Assembly (NCBI RefSeq): GCF_900048895.1
Contig: NZ_LT160640.1
Location: forward strand, 1,068,758 to 1,132,757
Reading direction: 5' to 3'
From: Neglectibacter timonensis
GTDB lineage: Bacteria > Bacillota > Clostridia > Oscillospirales > Acutalibacteraceae
DNA: 64,000 nt
Under the pieces are notes generated by a model. That model saw only the letters and a list, made by a program, of their open reading frames with translations, did no database searches and was not told where the DNA came from. Shown here piece after piece: positions 62,710-64,000 of the stretch (the first letter of the stretch is position 1; every line of letters begins with the position of its first letter). Both the position numbers and the translations under genes were made by a program.

Positions 62710-63110
62710 AAGCGCTCACGCTGAAGGAGCCCTGGCTGGCCCTGATTGCCGCGGGGAAAAAGAAAATAGAAACGCGGAGCTGGAAGACAAACTACCGCGG
62801 CCCCCTGTACCTGCACGCCAGCGCGTCGCCGGTAAACAGGAACGACCCGCAGACCGCGGAGCTGCTGCGGCTGATTCCGGAGGAGCCCCTGCGCTGCGGC
62901 CTAGTGGCATGCCGGTGCGTCCTCACAGACTGCCGCGTGATGGACGGCCCTTTTTTAGAACAGATGGAACTGGAGCCTGTGGAACGGCTGTGCGGCATCT
63001 ATGCGCCCGGCCGCTACGCCTGGTTTTTGGAGGACATTGAGGTGCTCCCCCAGCCCTTCCCGGCCAAGGGGATGCTGGGGCTCTGGAATTGGGAGGGACC
63101 GTCCCTGTGA
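62706..63110 (+). CDS. ASCH-domain protein
   Basis: The product MKALTLKEPWLALIAAGKKKIETRSWKTNYRGPLYLHAS has the ASCH beta-barrel signature. Its ATG overlaps the upstream stop (ATGA). Confidence 0.7.
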   Translation: MKALTLKEPWLALIAAGKKKIETRSWKTNYRGPLYLHASASPVNRNDPQTAELLRLIPEEPLRCGLVACRCVLTDCRVMDGPFLEQMELEPVERLCGIYAPGRYAWFLEDIEVLPQPFPAKGMLGLWNWEGPSL

Positions 63111-63727
63111 CACAGCTTTATTTTATCCGGCACGCCCAGCCAAACTTTGAAAACCACAAGGACAGCGAACGGGAGCTCTCCCCCAAGGGCAGGAAGGACT
63201 GCGCCCTGGTGACGGAATTCCTGCTGGATAAAAACATTTCGGCTGTCTATTCCAGTCCCTTCCGAAGAGCTGTGGATACCCTGGGGGAATTTGCGGCCCT
63301 CCGGGGGCTGCCCATTCGCATTTTGGACGATTTCCGTGAGCGCCGGGTGGACAGTGGCTGGATTGAGGATTTTACCGCGTTCTCCCGCCGGCAATGGGAG
63401 GACTTCAGCTACAGGCTCTCCGGCGGGGAGTGCCTGCGGGAGGTGCAGGCGCGGAATCTCAGGGCGCTGCGCCGGGTGCTGCGGGAATGCCCGGATGCTT
63501 CTGTTGCCGTGGGAACCCACGGCACGGCGCTGAGCACTCTCCTGAACGCTTACGACCCTGGCTTCGGGCATGCTGATTTTGAACGGATCAAAACCCTCAT
63601 GCCATGGGCTGTACATTTCACCTTTTTTGGGGAGGAATGTGCCGGAATAGAAGAAATCAACCTGTTCACACAGGAGGTCAAAATCAGAAAGGAAGTTGTT
63701 GCTTCGTATGAATTGGAAACTCTTTGA
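63107..63727 (+). CDS. Histidine phosphatase superfamily (phosphoglycerate mutase-like) protein
   Basis: The product has LYFIRHAQP...SPKG...SSPFRRAVDT...VGTHG, including the RHG catalytic His motif. The GTG start overlaps the ASCH stop (GTGA). The start codon is uncertain. Confidence 0.72.
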   Translation: MTQLYFIRHAQPNFENHKDSERELSPKGRKDCALVTEFLLDKNISAVYSSPFRRAVDTLGEFAALRGLPIRILDDFRERRVDSGWIEDFTAFSRRQWEDFSYRLSGGECLREVQARNLRALRRVLRECPDASVAVGTHGTALSTLLNAYDPGFGHADFERIKTLMPWAVHFTFFGEECAGIEEINLFTQEVKIRKEVVASYELETL

Positions 63728-64000
63728 GGAACTGACCCAGCTGCACGGCGTCAGCGGCTATGAAAGGCAGGTGTCTTCCTTCATCGCTGAGAGGATGGAT
63801 CCCTATGGGGACAGGCAGTGGATCGACGCCAACGGAAACCTGATCGTTTTCAAAAAGGGGACTTCCCCCAGCGCAAAGAAGCTGCTGTTCTGCGCCCATA
63901 TGGATGAGATCGGCCTGCAGGTGATCAAGATCAACGACGACGGCACCCTGATGGTAAAGGGGCTGGGCTCCTGCTGGATCTATACCACCTATCAGTCCCG
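63708..64000 (+). CDS. M42-family metallopeptidase (FrvX/aminopeptidase-like), partial. It continues beyond the window's right edge.
   Basis: The product is MNWKLFEELTQLHGVSGYERQVSSFIAERMDPYGDRQWIDANGNLIVFKKG...LLFCAHMDEIGLQV. An AGAAAGGAAG RBS is present, and the frame is open to the window end. Confidence 0.8.
   Translation, partial: MNWKLFEELTQLHGVSGYERQVSSFIAERMDPYGDRQWIDANGNLIVFKKGTSPSAKKLLFCAHMDEIGLQVIKINDDGTLMVKGLGSCWIYTTYQS

Noticed and set aside
1-64000. tRNA, rRNA, CRISPR arrays, transposases/IS elements, integrases, and restriction-modification or toxin-antitoxin genes
   Set aside because: I scanned for T-loop GGTTCGAATCC-type motifs, regularly spaced direct repeats, DDE/serine/tyrosine recombinase-like ORFs and small paired ORFs. 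None were found. The only repeats are the 29-nt hairpin pair at 31 kb and the coding microsatellites in ftsQ and nfeD.

Overview
This 64-kb window looks like a contiguous chromosomal segment of a high-GC (about 58-60%) Firmicutes/Clostridia genome. The features pointing to a spore-forming Oscillospiraceae/Ruminococcaceae-type organism are a CotF-type coat gene, SpoVD/SpoVE-type dcw genes, ECF/DUF4430 modules and LplABC-type sugar ABC transporters. All calls are from reading the sequence and the six-frame ORF track; no database searches were run. My hand-counted coordinates may be off by 1-2 nt relative to the ORF track. Gene density is high, at roughly 64 protein genes. The left two-thirds (1-40 kb) is mostly accessory, transport and regulatory content:
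- a partial TetM/TetO-family translational GTPase at the left edge, and a second complete paralog at 25.9-27.9 kb
- divergent pdxR and pdxST
- a CotF-like pair, mscL, trkAH
- an LplABC-like sugar ABC importer, a TIM-barrel sugar isomerase and a YesMN-type two-component system
- a DtxR-like repressor with feoAB
- an AraC regulator with a GH4 glycosidase
- a TetR regulator with tandem flavodoxin-like oxidoreductases
- TspO, an MFS transporter, a CNNM/CBS/CorC transporter
- a DUF1836-NfeD-flotillin operon
- an ECF-S-like gene with a DUF4430 lipoprotein, an unclassified polytopic membrane protein with a very long leader, a lone DUF3892 gene, a CDF transporter, an orphan fumarate hydratase beta subunit and a VOC enzyme

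The right third (40-61 kb, all on the minus strand) is housekeeping. It holds a compact dcw cluster (mraZ-rsmH-ftsL-small ORF-spoVD/ftsI-mraY-ftsW/spoVE-murG-murA-ftsQ-ftsZ), then a coiled-coil gene, coaD, rsmD, uvrC, ptsH and the ylxM-ffh-rpsP-KH-rimM-trmD operon. The plus strand at the right edge carries a threonine aldolase, an ASCH protein, a histidine phosphatase and a partial M42 peptidase. No rRNA, tRNA, CRISPR, transposase or phage genes were recognised, and no canonical defence system is apparent. The most unusual items are:
- a highly structured ~250-nt convergent intergenic region bounded by two copies of a 29-nt hairpin
- a DUF1836-NfeD-flotillin operon with a perfect consensus promoter and a 20-bp perfect palindrome
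- a ~330-430-nt unexplained leader upstream of a membrane-protein gene
- an MscL with a C-terminal double-CxxC tail
- an FtsQ with a Gly/Asp/Thr tandem-repeat tail
- two TetM-like GTPase paralogs
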